Source: Octopus sinensis (lineage: Eukaryota). From it: DNA of 64,000 bases. This document shows positions 38,200 to 51,145 of the stretch, in pieces. How positions within the stretch are numbered: position 1 is the first letter of the stretch; each line of letters starts with the position of its first letter. Position numbers and translations under genes: made by a program. The notes beneath the pieces are model-generated. The model ran no database searches. It was not told the origin of the DNA and saw nothing but the letters and a program-made list of their open reading frames with translations. The DNA is taken from contig NC_043015.1 in the NCBI RefSeq assembly GCF_006345805.1, positions 52,390,001 to 52,454,000 on the forward strand, written 5' to 3'.

Positions 38200-38372
38200 T
38201 ATATATACTTTATTTAAAAGCAGCAGAAATATCACAAAAACTGTTACTTAGAGTTTCACGTTCCCGTTCGTCGGACAGTTTTGTTAGAATAAATAAAGCA
38301 TATTACTCTACCTCTGGTATTTGAGTACTCTTTTTTCACACCTTGTTTCACATTTATGTGCTTACTCCGGTA
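38200..38372. mobile_element. Short hammerhead-bearing element with inverted 5' part
   Basis: Relative to the 12360 copy, the ribozyme-bearing part is inverted against the 3' part at an AATAAA overlap. Confidence 0.65.
38234..38284 (-). ncRNA. Type I hammerhead ribozyme motif with U4C core variant
   Basis: Minus strand ACAAAACTGT-CCGACGA-ACG(GGAA)CGT-GAAACT(CTA)AGTA-ACAGTTTTTGT. Helix I of at least 8 bp, helices II and III, GUA site. Confidence 0.72.
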
Positions 38373-38459
38373 TCTATCTATCTATCTATCTATGTGTGCA
38401 TGCGCATGCATCTATGTATGTGTATGTATATATATATATATATTATATATATATATTAT

Positions 38460-38502
<43 letters not shown>

Positions 38503-38505
<3 letters not shown>

Positions 38506-38891
38506 GATACATCGCAGTACGAGTTTAATTTGTTTCATAATCGAGCTCGTCTTACGATTTACTCATTTTACAAATCAATTTTCGCCATTAAAATTAACTA
38601 AAATGTAATTAATCCGTTCCAGATCCCACCCACCCAACCACTCAAAAATAATTTTTGAAGGCTTTTAAAACAGAAAAGATGTAGTTACAAGTAAAATGAC
38701 AATTATGAAAAAGAGAGTGCAAAAGAAATATGTAAACTGGTTTTATTAACTGAATTACCTTAAAAATGAGACGATTTGTGCGCTCGTACTGCGGATTTCC
38801 GCTTGTACTTCAAGACAAAAATTCGCACGAGTCTCGGCTCGTACAGCAAATTACTCGTATAATGGGGTACTCGTACTGCGAGGTTCGACTG
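38503..38891. mobile_element. Tigger/pogo-like MITE
   Basis: Right TIR reads CAGTCGAACCTCGCAGTACGAGT with adjacent TA; left TIR is degraded but keeps TCGCAGTACGAGT; no ORF. Confidence 0.65.
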
Positions 38892-39797
38892 TATAAATAT
38901 ACAATGGGGTTTTTCCAATATAAATATTTATGTATGTATATATGTATGTACATACAAGATAAAGGCCATCCCCTTGGGCCAATACAGCTTGGCACCAGTG
39001 TCGTTTCAGACGTTGTCAGAATGCAACGGTCGGCAAGCAACAACATTAGGTATCGTTCCCCATACTCTAAAAGTCTCGCTAGTCTGCCACCCTGGGCCGG
39101 TGCTTATTTTAATCGTCCTTAAAAGAAAAGGAAACATTGACCTCGGCGAGATTTGAACAGGTAGCTCCAGGCTTCTTGCCCGATCCTCTAACTGTTACGC
39201 TAATAACTCACCCTAGATTGCTATAGCTTTGTTGACCCCGAAAGAACAAAAAGAGGGAATTGACTTTGGCAGGATTTGAACCAATAGTGGACAGCGTTAG
39301 AACAAACACCACAAGCGACTTTGCCCAATTTGCTGCCTTAGTTCCGTGACCCATTAAATACAAAAATAGGATGGTCAAGGATGGAATGTCTTGGTTCATA
39401 AATTTACTCTATTAAATTTGACGTAAGAGTACAAAACAACAACAGCAACAGCTATAACGACAACAACAACAATAAAACAGCCGCAGCAGCAACAACAACA
39501 ACAATTAATTGCTAATTGTCTCATTGTTTGCTTTTAAGCCTGACATTGTAGCTAATTGGCAAAAACAGCAACGATTTCATTAATGGCGGGCGCAAGTCGT
39601 AGAATTTAAAGATTGTGTCGTCTGCTCTTTGAGATTTGTTAAACCTGATAACTCACAGATTAATAGATAAGTCGTGGGTTATTTGTGCTTCTTTTCTTGC
39701 TGTTTTCGTTGTTGTTATTTTCCTTGTTGTTGTTGTTGCTCTTTGTTTGTTTGTTTGTTTGTTTGTTTTAGACCATTCAACACTCGGAAATATCAAT

Positions 39798-39998
39798 CTT
39801 CTACGTAAAGTGACAAGCTTCTACGTAAAGTGGCGACCTTCTACGTAAAGTGGCGACCTTCTACGTAAAGTGGCGACCTTCTACGTAAAGTGACAAGCTT
39901 CTGCGTAAAGTGACAAGCTTCTACGTAAAATGACAAACTTCTACGTAAAGTGGCGAGCTTCTACGTAAAGTGGCGAGCTTCTACGTAAAGTGGCGAGA
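39798..39998 (+). repeat. Minisatellite, 10 x 20 bp (CTACGTAAAGTGGCGAGCTT / CTACGTAAAGTGACAAGCTT)
   Basis: Exact 20-bp periodicity from 39801, no spacers. Confidence 0.95.
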
Positions 39999-40170
39999 AT
40001 AGTTAGCTAGCCGGGCTTACCAGTATTTCGTCTGCATGTACATTCTGAGCTTCAAATGCAGCCGATACAATAAATACCAGTTGTGCACTGGAGGAATCAA
40101 TGTAATCGACATCCCTCCAACCCCATCTTGCTGGCTTTGTGCCAAAATTTGAAGCCAATATAATCTCCTA
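39990..40170 (+). mobile_element. Diverged SINE family B directly following the minisatellite
   Basis: GGCGAG.AATAGTTAGC...ACATTCTGAGCTTCAAAT...AAATACCAGTTG...CTTTGTGCCAAAAT. Confidence 0.65.
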
Positions 40171-40482
40171 CTTGGCTGCAACATCGGTTGCCAATTTTAT
40201 TTTGATGAAAAGAAGCGAGAACGGTATAACTTATGGTGCAAGCGCGACAGAGTTGAAGGTCAGTTTGTGCTAAGCGGTTTCATTTTGCGTACTTTAGCTC
40301 TGTTACCATAGCAACAGACCCGATACTTTTTGATCAGAGCTCGCATGTATGTATGTATGTATGTATGTATGTATGTATGTATGTACGTACGTAGTACTAC
40401 GTATGAATGTATGTATGTAGTATGTATACACACATATATACATACTCATACATAGATACATGTGAATATACTTATATATATA

Positions 40483-40845
40483 TAGCAGTATCGCCCGCGT
40501 TTGCTCGGTTTGTAGGGAAATAACTATTAAGCAGTTTAGAGAGTTATAGCCAAAAAATGGAAAAAAAATTATGGTAATTTTTTTAGTTAAAAGGTCGAGT
40601 TGCGTCCCCTAGACAGTCTGTGGTTTGTGTTTCTGATTCTCGACCCCATGTCGAAATTTATCGATTTTTTTCAGAACTGGGGGAACTGTTCAAATTTTCG
40701 CTGCGTTAGTTTTGAATTATGACATTGGGCTATGTGTGTGTCAAGTTTCATCAGAATCGGTTGAAAGCCGTGGTCAGGGTGAGGGTTACAACCTAACAGA
40801 CATACAGAAACACACAGACAAACTGCCGTATATATATGAGAGATA
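40483..40845 (+). mobile_element. Non-autonomous Helitron/DINE(Lep1)-like element
   Basis: TAGCAGTATCGCCCGCGTTTGCTCGG start, CAAGTTTCATCAGAATCGGTTG core, (ACAG/ACAC) tract and TATATATGAGAGAT end; family layout recognised by eye. Confidence 0.55.
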
Positions 40846-40933
40846 TATATATAGAGAGAGGAGAGGAGAGGGGGGGAGAGAGAGAGGGGGGGGGGGCGAG
40901 AGAGAAAGAGAGAGGGAGGGAGAGAAAGAGAGA

Positions 40934-41087
40934 GTGTGTGTCGTAAGAAGCTTTCTTCCCAACCACATGGTTCCGGGTTCAGTCCCACTGCGTAATAGCA
41001 CCTTGGGCAAGTGTCTTTTACTACAGCCTCGGGCTGATCAAGACTTGTGAGTAAATTTGGCTGACGTAAACTGAAAGAAGCCCGCCG

Positions 41088-41119
<32 letters not shown>

Positions 41120-41558
41120 TATTCTTTCTTTTATTCTTTTACTTGTTTCTGTCATCTGACTGCGGCCATGCTGGAGCACCACCTTGAAGGGTTTTAGTGA
41201 AACAAATCGACACCAGGACTTATTCTTTTTAAAACCTAGTACTTATTCTATCAGTCTTTTTTGCCTAACTGCTAAGTTACGGGGAAGTAAACATACCAGC
41301 AAAGGGTTGTCAAGCAGTGATGAGGAGATAAATACAGACATACACACACACAGACACACACACATACGACGGGATTCTTTCAGTATACCTAATCCACTCA
41401 CAAGGATTTGGTTGGCCCGAGGCTACAGCAGAAGAAACTTGCCCAAGGTGCCACGCAGTGGGAATGATCCTGGAACCAAATGACAGGGAAGCACGCTTCT
41501 TACCGCACAGCCACACCTGCACCTATATATATATATATGTGTATATATATATATATAT

Positions 41559-41617
<59 letters not shown>

Positions 41618-42018
41618 AATATATATATAATTATATATATATAAGTAGCTTGCTAACCAACCCCATGGTTTCCGGGTTCAGTCCCACTGCGTGGCATCTT
41701 GGGCAAGTGTCTTCTGCTATAGCCCCGGCCGACCAATGCCTTTGAGTGGATTTGGTAGACGGAACTGAAAGAAGCCTGTCGTATATATGTATATATATAT
41801 AGTGTGTGTGTATAGTGTTTGTGTGTCTGTGTTTTGTCCCCCTAGCATTGCTTGACAACCGATGCTGGTGTGTTTACGTCCCCGTCACTTAGCGGTTCGG
41901 CAAAGAGACCGATAGAATAAGTACTGGGCTTACAAAGAATAAGTCCCGGGGTCGATTTGCTCGACTAAAGGCGGTGCTCCAGCATGGCCGCAGTCAAATG
42001 ACTGAAACAAGTTAAAGA

Positions 42019-42020
<2 letters not shown>
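40934..42020. mobile_element. Cluster of three SINE family A copies: 40934-41090 (+, head only), 41120-41523 (-), 41642-42020 (+)
   Basis: Family A motifs in alternating orientation, separated by (TA)n. Confidence 0.85.
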
Positions 42021-42056
<36 letters not shown>

Positions 42057-42075
42057 GTATGTATGTATGTATATC

Positions 42076-42245
42076 GAAACGCGGAGTAGATAAAAGTGGG
42101 ACAACTGATGAAGGGAATGTTCTTTATGTTACCTGTCCCGTTTCTCTATTTGTTTCTTTCGTTTTTCTGTTTCGTTTTCTATGTTTTTGTTTTTTATGTT
42201 CTCGTTTCTCATTTTGTTCACGTATTTCTTATGTCCTGTACCCAT
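42076..42245 (+). mobile_element. Short repeat family E, copy 3
   Basis: GAAACGCGGAGTAG...GGGACAA-CTGATGA-AGGGAATGTTCTTT-ATGTTACC-TGTCCC with T-rich tail. Confidence 0.6.
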
Positions 42246-42814
42246 ATATGCATGTATATATATATACATATATATGTAGGTATGTACATATATGTATGTA
42301 TATATGCACATAATCATATATTGCTTATATTATGTTATATATTTATATATATTTATATCTATATATATATACAGTCGATTCGAGATTCGAGGGAGTTATA
42401 ACTTCATTAGGGATTATGTAATCCAAGAAATTCCACAGGCTAATCTCTATTTTCCTATTAGCATTTAACCGAATGCTCAGAATTTCTAATTAACTTGGGG
42501 ATAGCAGAGAAACATATGTAGGTTTTTTTTTTTTAATTCCTTTTGAGCTTTGCAACTTATAATCAATTAATTTGTATTGTAATGTTTTTAAAAGATATTT
42601 TTCAACACTTTTTAACATACAAATAAATTTTTCATGCATCCAATTCTCTCCATTTTCTTTTCTTCCCACTTCACACACACACACACACACACATGTATAT
42701 ATATATACATACATATATATATAGAGAAAGATTCAGATGAATCTGATATTTTGCCTTCATATATATATATAATATATATATATATATATAAATATATATT
42801 TATATATGTATATA

Positions 42815-42850
<36 letters not shown>

Positions 42851-42953
42851 CATAATATATATGCATATATGCATATATGCATAATTATGATATATATATA
42901 TATATATATATGCATTATGCATATATGCATATTATATATATATAATGCATATA

Positions 42954-42994
<41 letters not shown>

Positions 42995-43606
42995 GATAGA
43001 TATGCATATATATATATATAATATATATATATATCTATATATAATATTAAATATATGTATATTAATATGTGGTGTTGTGTGTATTATATATATGATAACT
43101 GGAATCTTATAAAGACTATCTGATTAGTGCCGCACGAAGTCTAATTCCCTCACAGAAGTAATACAAACATTCTCTTTGTTGACTGAAAAAATCAGTGTCA
43201 CTGCTATTGGACCCGCGTCAGTCGGTTGACTGATAAGGAGAGCACAAATTCAGTGTTGTTCGTATTCAGCTCAGTGTAAAATGGCAAAGAACCGTTTTGA
43301 CTTCCGGCTTCGTAATTCTAACTATCGCAGCTGGCCAAAAAACCAGATCCAAATTACAAACTCAATGCTGCTGCAGTTGCTGCTGTTGTTGTCGTTGCTG
43401 CTGCTGATGTTGATTTTGCTAATGTTGTTGATGTTGTTGATGTTGTTGTTGTTGTTGTTGTTGTTATTGTCACTGCTGCTGCTGCTGCTACTGATGCAAG
43501 TGTTGTTACCATCGTCTCTTTTGCTACTCTTGTTGCTGGTTTGTGTTGTTGCTATTTTGTCATTGCTTTTGCTCTTTCTTCTTCCTCCTCCTCCTCCTCC
43601 TCTTTT

Positions 43607-43668
<62 letters not shown>

Positions 43669-43681
43669 CATAATCAAGGTG

Positions 43682-43723
<42 letters not shown>

Positions 43724-44769
43724 TAGTCGTAGTAGTAGTAAAAAGCGTAGAGTTTCGCAAGACGGGGTCGTATAGCATGGAAACTCCAGAGTGACAGGCC
43801 AGTAGACTGGCTTCAATAAACTACGTGTGTGTGTGTGTTTGCGTGTGAGCGTGCGTGTATTTTTGTGTCTGTGTGTGTATTATGTGTACACACACACACA
43901 CACGTATACACACACACACATACTGTGTGGGTAAAAGAAAAAACTGTCTTTGATCCAACACCAGATGACGAAGTAAATAGTGAAATATCTTGATGTCCCG
44001 GAGGTTGTGGTAGTATTCCATACTACATATTTCTATGTAGTATATATGAAGCCCGTTTCGCCGTTTTTCTTTTTCTAATTCACACTGATCTACAGTCGGA
44101 GCACAATTTACTTGATGAGCCACTGGGTACTCTCGGGGTTTAAATATTGCACTGTCTAAGCTTATGCACATGTATCTTCATTATGTGTGTATGGGTATAC
44201 GTGTGCGGGCGACTGTACGTATGTATTGATGTTTGTTCTCTTCTAACTTTAAGTTTTTGATATCTTCCAGTAAGGGAGAAGCCGGTTTCTAACAAATATA
44301 AAAAAAACCCATCGTTTAAATGTATACTGCAAATATAATGTCACATTTTGAACATTTTGAAAAATCTTGCATATTTCTACTCTTCCATTTACACATTGTA
44401 TTTGTAATGTCCGTGTTAGCTGGTTGATTTCTTTTTCTGTAAAATGCTAGATTTTCCAGACCGTTAGAAATATACTCACAAAAACCAACAACACTATTTA
44501 TTATTTGTATAAATTTGAATTTATAATCTGGGTAGAGAAACCGGAGGCTTCGAAGTAGTTGTCCGTACTTCGAATACCTCTCTTTGATTTTTATCAGCAG
44601 ATCTGCTGAACTCCATGACGGGGAATACTCATTCTTGTCTGATCGGTTTCTAATGTAGAACTTGGCTGAAGATTTTATGGCAATGTTCCGCCAATATTCC
44701 TTGTGTTGATGTTTATTTTTGCATTCAGCAATGTACTTTGTTCATGCGTAGGCCAGCAATTTATGGGGA

Positions 44770-45385
44770 TAGTATAAGTCGATTACATCGACCCCAGTGC
44801 ACAACTGGTACTTTTTGTATCGACTCCGAAAAAATGAAAGGCAAAGTCGACCTCAGAATATAAACTTGGAAGAAAAGCCACAAAGCACTTTTTCCGGCAT
44901 AGTAACGATTCTGCCTGCTCGCTGCTTTCAACCGATTTATATTAACGTAAGATATAAACATCGGTGAGAATCGAGAGGTAAAACGGTGCGTTTTAACCGC
45001 AGTGTGTAGCACCGCATAATACACCCCGCTCTTCTTGTTGCTTTCGCTGTCAAAAATGCTGTGATCCAATGATAAAAGAGCATTGTTAGTTTGCTGGTGT
45101 ACGATCAAGTCTGTGGTAAGGAGTGGGCGAAGTTGACCAACTGGTACTTTCTGTATCGACTCCGAAAGGATGAATGGCAAAGTTGGCCTCGGCAGCATTT
45201 GATCAACCCCATGCTAAACAATTCTTCTCACTGTCACTAACTATTATTTGTATTACCACAAAACCTTTCATCCTTTAGGGGTCGATAAATTATGTACCAG
45301 TGAGATACTGGGGTCGATGCAATCGACTAATCCTCTCCCCACAAATTTCAGGCTTTGTGTCTATAGCATAGAGGATTATTTGTGT
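44770..45385. mobile_element. SINE family B fragments (-, -, +) around a ~200-bp unique insert
   Basis: Family B body motifs at 44770-44920, 45130-45200 and 45255-45385. Confidence 0.7.
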
Positions 45386-45448
45386 AACCACCAACAAAAG
45401 ATCGCCTTCATTTTTCGATAATTTAATCTTATATCCCTTCATTTTATT

Positions 45449-45825
45449 TATTACCTCCGCCTTAGCGAAGGCGGGGGTATTGTTTTCAGTCGTGTTTGTT
45501 TGTTTGTTTGTCCGTGGGCGAGATATCTCAAGAACCGCTGGATGGATTCGGATGAAACTTTCAGGGACGTTTGGCCTCATGACTGGCACGAACTGATGAG
45601 ATTTTGGGATCGATCCAAAACCGGACAAGGATTCTGAATTATTTTTTCTGTTGTTTCACTTAATTTTTGAGAGCGGTTGAGTTCATTTTTTGTATTCTCA
45701 TTTATGAGAGCAGTCGAGTTTATTTCAGATATTTTCATTTTAAAAATCAGCTCTGGCTAATCGGCAAGAGGGATGTTAGTGTTGCCTTGGCGGAGGTTTG
45801 CACTCTCTGAGTGCTCTTGGTTTTT
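45449..45825 (+). mobile_element. Non-autonomous Helentron/DINE-like element, copy 2
   Basis: ACCTCCGCCTTAGC ... GCCTTGGCGGAGGT subTIRs, (GTTT)n, 3' hairpin GCACTCTCTGAGTGC, T-rich flanks. Confidence 0.75.
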
Positions 45826-45998
45826 CTTCGAATCAATTAATCTTTTCGGGCTCAAATGAAGTTTTTATTTTTATTTTGTAAATCAAAAAGCAAATAAAGA
45901 ACCGCCGCCATCTCGTTATAGCTGCCGTAGTGTTAGTAGTAAAGGTAAAGGTTTAATTTCGAGCAGACTGGTTATTGCTTTGTGCATCGACAACAATC

Positions 45999-46380
45999 GT
46001 GGCACTCTGTCGGTTACGACGACGAGGGTTCCAGTTGAGCCGATCAACAGAACAGCTTGCTCGTGAAATTAACGTTCAAGTGGCTGAGCACTCCACAGAC
46101 ACGTGTACCCCTTAATATAGTTCACGGGCAGATTCAGCGTGATACAGAGTGTGACAAGGCTGTCCCTTTGAAATACAGGTACAACAGAAACAGGAAGATA
46201 GAGTGAGAGAAAGTTGTGGTGAAAAAGTACAGCAGGGTTCTCCACCCACCCACTGCCTGAGCCTCGTGGAGCTTTAGGTGTTTTCGCTCAATAAACACTC
46301 TCAAAGCCCGGTCTAGGAATCGAAACCGCGATCCTACGACCGCGAGTCCACTGCTCTAACCACTGGGCCATTGTGCCTCC
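45999..46380 (-). mobile_element. SINE family C, full length
   Basis: Reverse-complement homolog of 21225-21606. Confidence 0.85.
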
Positions 46381-46729
46381 TCATCAAAAACAATGGTAAT
46401 AATATATTCCTGGAAAGTTGGGTTGCTGTGGGGCTTGGAATAAAATGATGATTCGGTCATAGGATCTCAGTAAAATGAAATAACCTGAAAGATCTTAGTT
46501 GAAAGATTTTAGCTAAAGGGCATTATTCGAGGGACCTTTGTCAAAGGAGCTTAGGTTAGGGTTTTTTTTTTTGTCGGAAAGTGCTTGTCTTGGAACCTTA
46601 GTAGAAGGAACTTAATGGAAGAAACTTTGACGAAGAGGTTTCCTGAAGGATCTTGATTAGAGAAACCGAAGCCAAAAGACATTAGTGGTAATTTATGGAC
46701 AAACTTTTATATTTAGTGCCAATGGATTA

Positions 46730-46793
<64 letters not shown>

Positions 46794-47369
46794 TGTGTGT
46801 GTGTGTGTGTAGAATACACAGCACGTATCTAGCCCACGGCAACATGAGTCTCAATATACTGTGGAAGCCATTTTACTTCGGATCATACACACATGGCACT
46901 GTTAATCTCCTAAGGTAAGATATGAATTTTCTAATCTATCATTTCACCGTTTATTTATTTATTCTTTTATTTATTTATTTATTTTTAAATGGCGATTTAT
47001 AACCTAGAGATGTAATATATAGAGTGGAAAACCAAAGTGAATGGAAGAAACGAATTGAAGTGGGAAATACAGTAAGATAAGATCAGTGACTGGAGATTAG
47101 AACATTGCTGTTGCGGTGAAACCCCAGGGCGGCGCTGTTACAGCAGACTTGATCAAAGATGAAGTGGTCTCGATGTGCGAATGTGTGTGTGTGTTGGTGT
47201 GTGTGTATTTTGTTATTGCTGTTGTTGTTACTGCTGCTGTTGTTGTGGTTGTTGTTGTTGTCAAACTCGAGCTCAGCTCAGCTCCGTTACACTAAACCTA
47301 CGATCAAAGACGGTGTGAACGTGGTATGTATGTGTGTGTGTGTGTCGTTGTTCTTGTTGAGGTTTCTGT

Positions 47370-47675
47370 AAGGTTCAGGCTCAGCTCTGATACAATGTCT
47401 GTTCCTTCTCGAGCCATGCCTGGCTCATAAGGGCCGGTGTCCAGGTTTCCTTGACGGGACGCCGGTCCGTTGCAGGCGAGCTGCAAGATGCAGAAGGAAA
47501 GTGTGTGAGAAAGTTGTGGCGAAAGAGTCCGCAGAAGTTCGCCATTACCTTCTGCCGGAGCCGCTTGGAGCTTAGGTGTTTCGCTCATAAACACACACAT
47601 CGCCCGATCTGAGATTCGAACCCGCGATCCCTCGACCGCGAGTCTGCTGCTCTAGCCACTAGGTCATGTGCCTCC
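47370..47675 (-). mobile_element. SINE with family C-type head and a different 3' region
   Basis: Head matches 46380; 3' part diverges into CAAGGAAACCTGGACACCGGCCC. Confidence 0.65.
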
Positions 47676-48289
47676 TCTGATACAATACAAGCATGATAAA
47701 ATGAAAACTCCACTTTGGTCTGTGCGCCGTAGTCGTTGTCGTGATCGCTGTTGTTCTTGTTGTTGTTGTTGTTGTTGTCGTGGTGGTGGTGGTGGTGGTG
47801 GCTGTGGTGGTTGTGGTGGTGGTGATGGTGGTGGTGGTGGTGGTGGTGGTAGTAGCGGTGGCGGTGCTAGTTGTTGAGGTGGTGGTGGTGGAGGTGGTGC
47901 TAGTAGTGGTGGTGTTAGTGGTTGAGGTGGTGGTAGTGGAGATGGTGCTAGTGGTGAAGACGGTAGTGGTGGTGGTGGTCACAGCTCATTTCTGATACAG
48001 TAGACATAATCAAAGGTAGCGTGCCCTTAGTTTGTGTGTGTGTTCTTGTTGTTGCTGTTGATGTTGTCACACCGAAGCTCAGCCCTCGTCAAATGCATTC
48101 CAGCCGTGACCGTTTCGTATTTTATTTTTTTATATGTAGAACTTCCTTTTCTTATGAAGGTGATGTGTTGCTTGAGGGAATTTTGGCTGCTATTTCTAAC
48201 AGATCGAGTAACGCTGTAATGGCTTCTTCGTTAATATCGAATACGAGCCGTAGCAGTTGTTTAGCCCCTTACGTAATCTCAAATCTTGA

Positions 48290-48596
48290 AGGCACGTGGC
48301 TAAATGGTTAGGGCTTTCAGTTCACGATCGTAAGGTCGGGAGTTCGATTCCCAGCGACGCGTTGTGTCCTTGAGTAAGACACTTTATTTTACGTTTATTT
48401 CCACTCAGCTGGTAAAAATGAGTAGTATCTGTATTTCAAAGGGGCCAGCTTGTGTCACACTCTGTGTCACACTGGATCTCCCTGAAAACTAAGTTAAGGG
48501 CACACATGTCTGTGGAGTACTCAGTCACTTGCACGTTAATTTCACGAGCAGGTTGTTCCGTTGATCGGATCAAGTGGGAAACTCTTCGTCGTAAAC
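48290..48596 (+). mobile_element. SINE family C variant with alternative central body
   Basis: tRNA head, TGTCCTTGAGTAAGACACTT...CCACTCAGCTGGTAAAAATGAGTA centre, shared 3' module. Confidence 0.8.
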
Positions 48597-49525
48597 AGCA
48601 GATCTATGTTGGAAGGCTTTCCAGCCGTGACTATCTCAACTCTTTTCAGATATCTAACGCAATATTTTGCTGTGAAAATTTCCATTATTTTAACGATGGT
48701 TGGACTCCTCTTGCTGCTGCTGCTGATGATGATGATGATGCTGATGATTATGATTATGATGATGGTGATGATGATAATGATGATGATGATGATGATGATG
48801 CTGTTGCTGCTGCTGATAATGATGATCATGTTGATGCTCTTACTGATGATGCTCTTGCTGCTGCTGTTGTTGTTCTTGTTGATGATGATGATGAGGAGGA
48901 GGAGGAGAGAGGAGGAGGAGTAGGAGCACGACGACGACGACGATAATGATGTTGATACTGCAGTTGATGTTGCCTCTGTTGTTGCTTCAGCTGTTGTTGT
49001 TGCTGCTGTTGTTGCTGTGGTGGTGGTGGTGGTGGTGGTTTAATCCTCGGTCAAGCCTTACCGAGCAGAACTATGACCAATAGCAGTGATCATCAGATCC
49101 TTTTCTGGGTGTCTGGCCCCACATTATCTGACGTGACTGTACACTTTTCCGCCAGTGGATGGCAGACCGTTATTTCGATGAGATTTTAGCTATCATTTCT
49201 AGTAAATTTAACAACCACATAAATGTATCCTCGTTGCTCCACTTGGGTCGCTGTAAGCTTACCTTTCAACCATTGGCGATTTCTAGAATCTTGACCTCTG
49301 TTATGATTATCTAACTGTGACACAATGTCATACATAAATGTTTGGGACGGGATATTAAAGAAGGGACGCTTTCGAGTTACTCAACCCGGTATTATTACTG
49401 GTATATACTTCATCAGACCAGGAGAGATGGAAGTCCAGTCGACACAAAAGAGATTTGGAATCGGATCATAGAGGTACTCAACTAAAGCCTGAAAAATTTT
49501 CGGCTAAAAATTTCGGAAAAAAAGA

Positions 49526-49912
49526 AACCACTCTATGGTAGGAAATTTGCTTCGCAATCACTTGGTCCCGAGTTCAGTCTCACTGCGTGGCACCTTGGTA
49601 AGTGTCTTCTACTGTAACCTCGGGCTGACCAAAGCCTTGCGAGTGGGTTTGGCAAACAGAAACTGAAAGAATCCCGGTATGTGTGTGTGTTTGTGCGTGT
49701 GTGTTTGCCCTCCGCTACAGCTTGATAACGGGTGTCGGTGTGTTTACGTCTCCGTAACTTAGTGTTTCGGCAAAAGAGACCGATAGAGTGAGTACCAGGC
49801 TTAAGAAAGAAAATCCAGCACTGGGATCGATTCTTTCGACTAAAACAATTCTCCAAAGCGGGTGCCACAGCATGGTCGCCGTCTAATTATTGAAACAAGT
49901 GAAAAATATAAG
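49526..49912 (+). mobile_element. SINE family A, diverged full length
   Basis: Family A motifs throughout. Confidence 0.8.
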
Positions 49913-49914
49913 AT

Positions 49915-49960
<46 letters not shown>

Positions 49961-50218
49961 ATATACATGTATGTATATATGTATGTATACATATTGAAGG
50001 TGCAGAATAAGCTGATGCAACGTGAAAAAAGGAGAATAAGGAAAAAACACACACAAGCCAAAAAGAAACACAAAACAAAACAACTAAGTTATATCAGAGA
50101 TCACAGCAAATGTTGAATTTTGATCTTGAATTTATTCACTCAATTTTTCTTTTCTCTAATTAAACGAGGTTTATTATTATTATAGTATTTTCATTATTAT
50201 TATTATTATTATTATATT

Positions 50219-50260
<42 letters not shown>

Positions 50261-50469
50261 GTAGAATTTCAAATTTTTGCGTTCGTTTTTGTTTCAAGTT
50301 AAAGAATCATACAGAAGGAACTTTGGTCTGTTTTATAAGACAGGTATATATCTTTTTTTTATATATTTCATTTTTCATTTTTTTTATTTTTTTATTTTTT
50401 TATTTTTTGGTAAGGAACCACAAGAGAAAAATCCAAAATAACGAAAATGATTAGAAAAACAACACAGCA

Positions 50470-50903
50470 AACATTATTAGTTTTATTTTTGACTAGACAC
50501 ATTCTTATAATATACATTTTGTATATTTTATATAGTATTATATATTTACATATTTATATAATATATATTTGAATATCATATATACTATATATTTGATTAT
50601 CATGTACATATATATATGTTATATATGAATAGATTATATATATATTTTATATACATATAAATATAATATTTATATATTGTGTATATTTTATACATTATAT
50701 ATACAATATATATAATATATATGATATATTGTATATACAAGTATATATATACAGGCATGTGATGTATAAATATATATATACACACATATATATCATATAT
50801 ATCATATACATCTATACAACATATTTACATATATATATATATATTTATATATATATATACTACGTACATATTCTACAATATATATCATATATCTGATATA
50901 TAC

Positions 50904-50949
<46 letters not shown>

Positions 50950-51083
50950 CACATATATATATATGTATATCGTAAAGGAGATTGTGAACAGGATAACAGG
51001 AAGATATAACACCATATACAGGACATACATACATACGTATACATATACATATACATATACAGGATTATACATACATAGATACA

Positions 51084-51140
<57 letters not shown>
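50470..51140. repeat. Degenerate (TA)-rich tract
   Basis: Direct reading. Confidence 0.85.

Positions 51141-51145
<5 letters not shown>

Noticed and set aside
39798-39998. CRISPR-like array
   Set aside because: Contiguous 20-bp units with no unique spacers, no cas genes, eukaryotic context.
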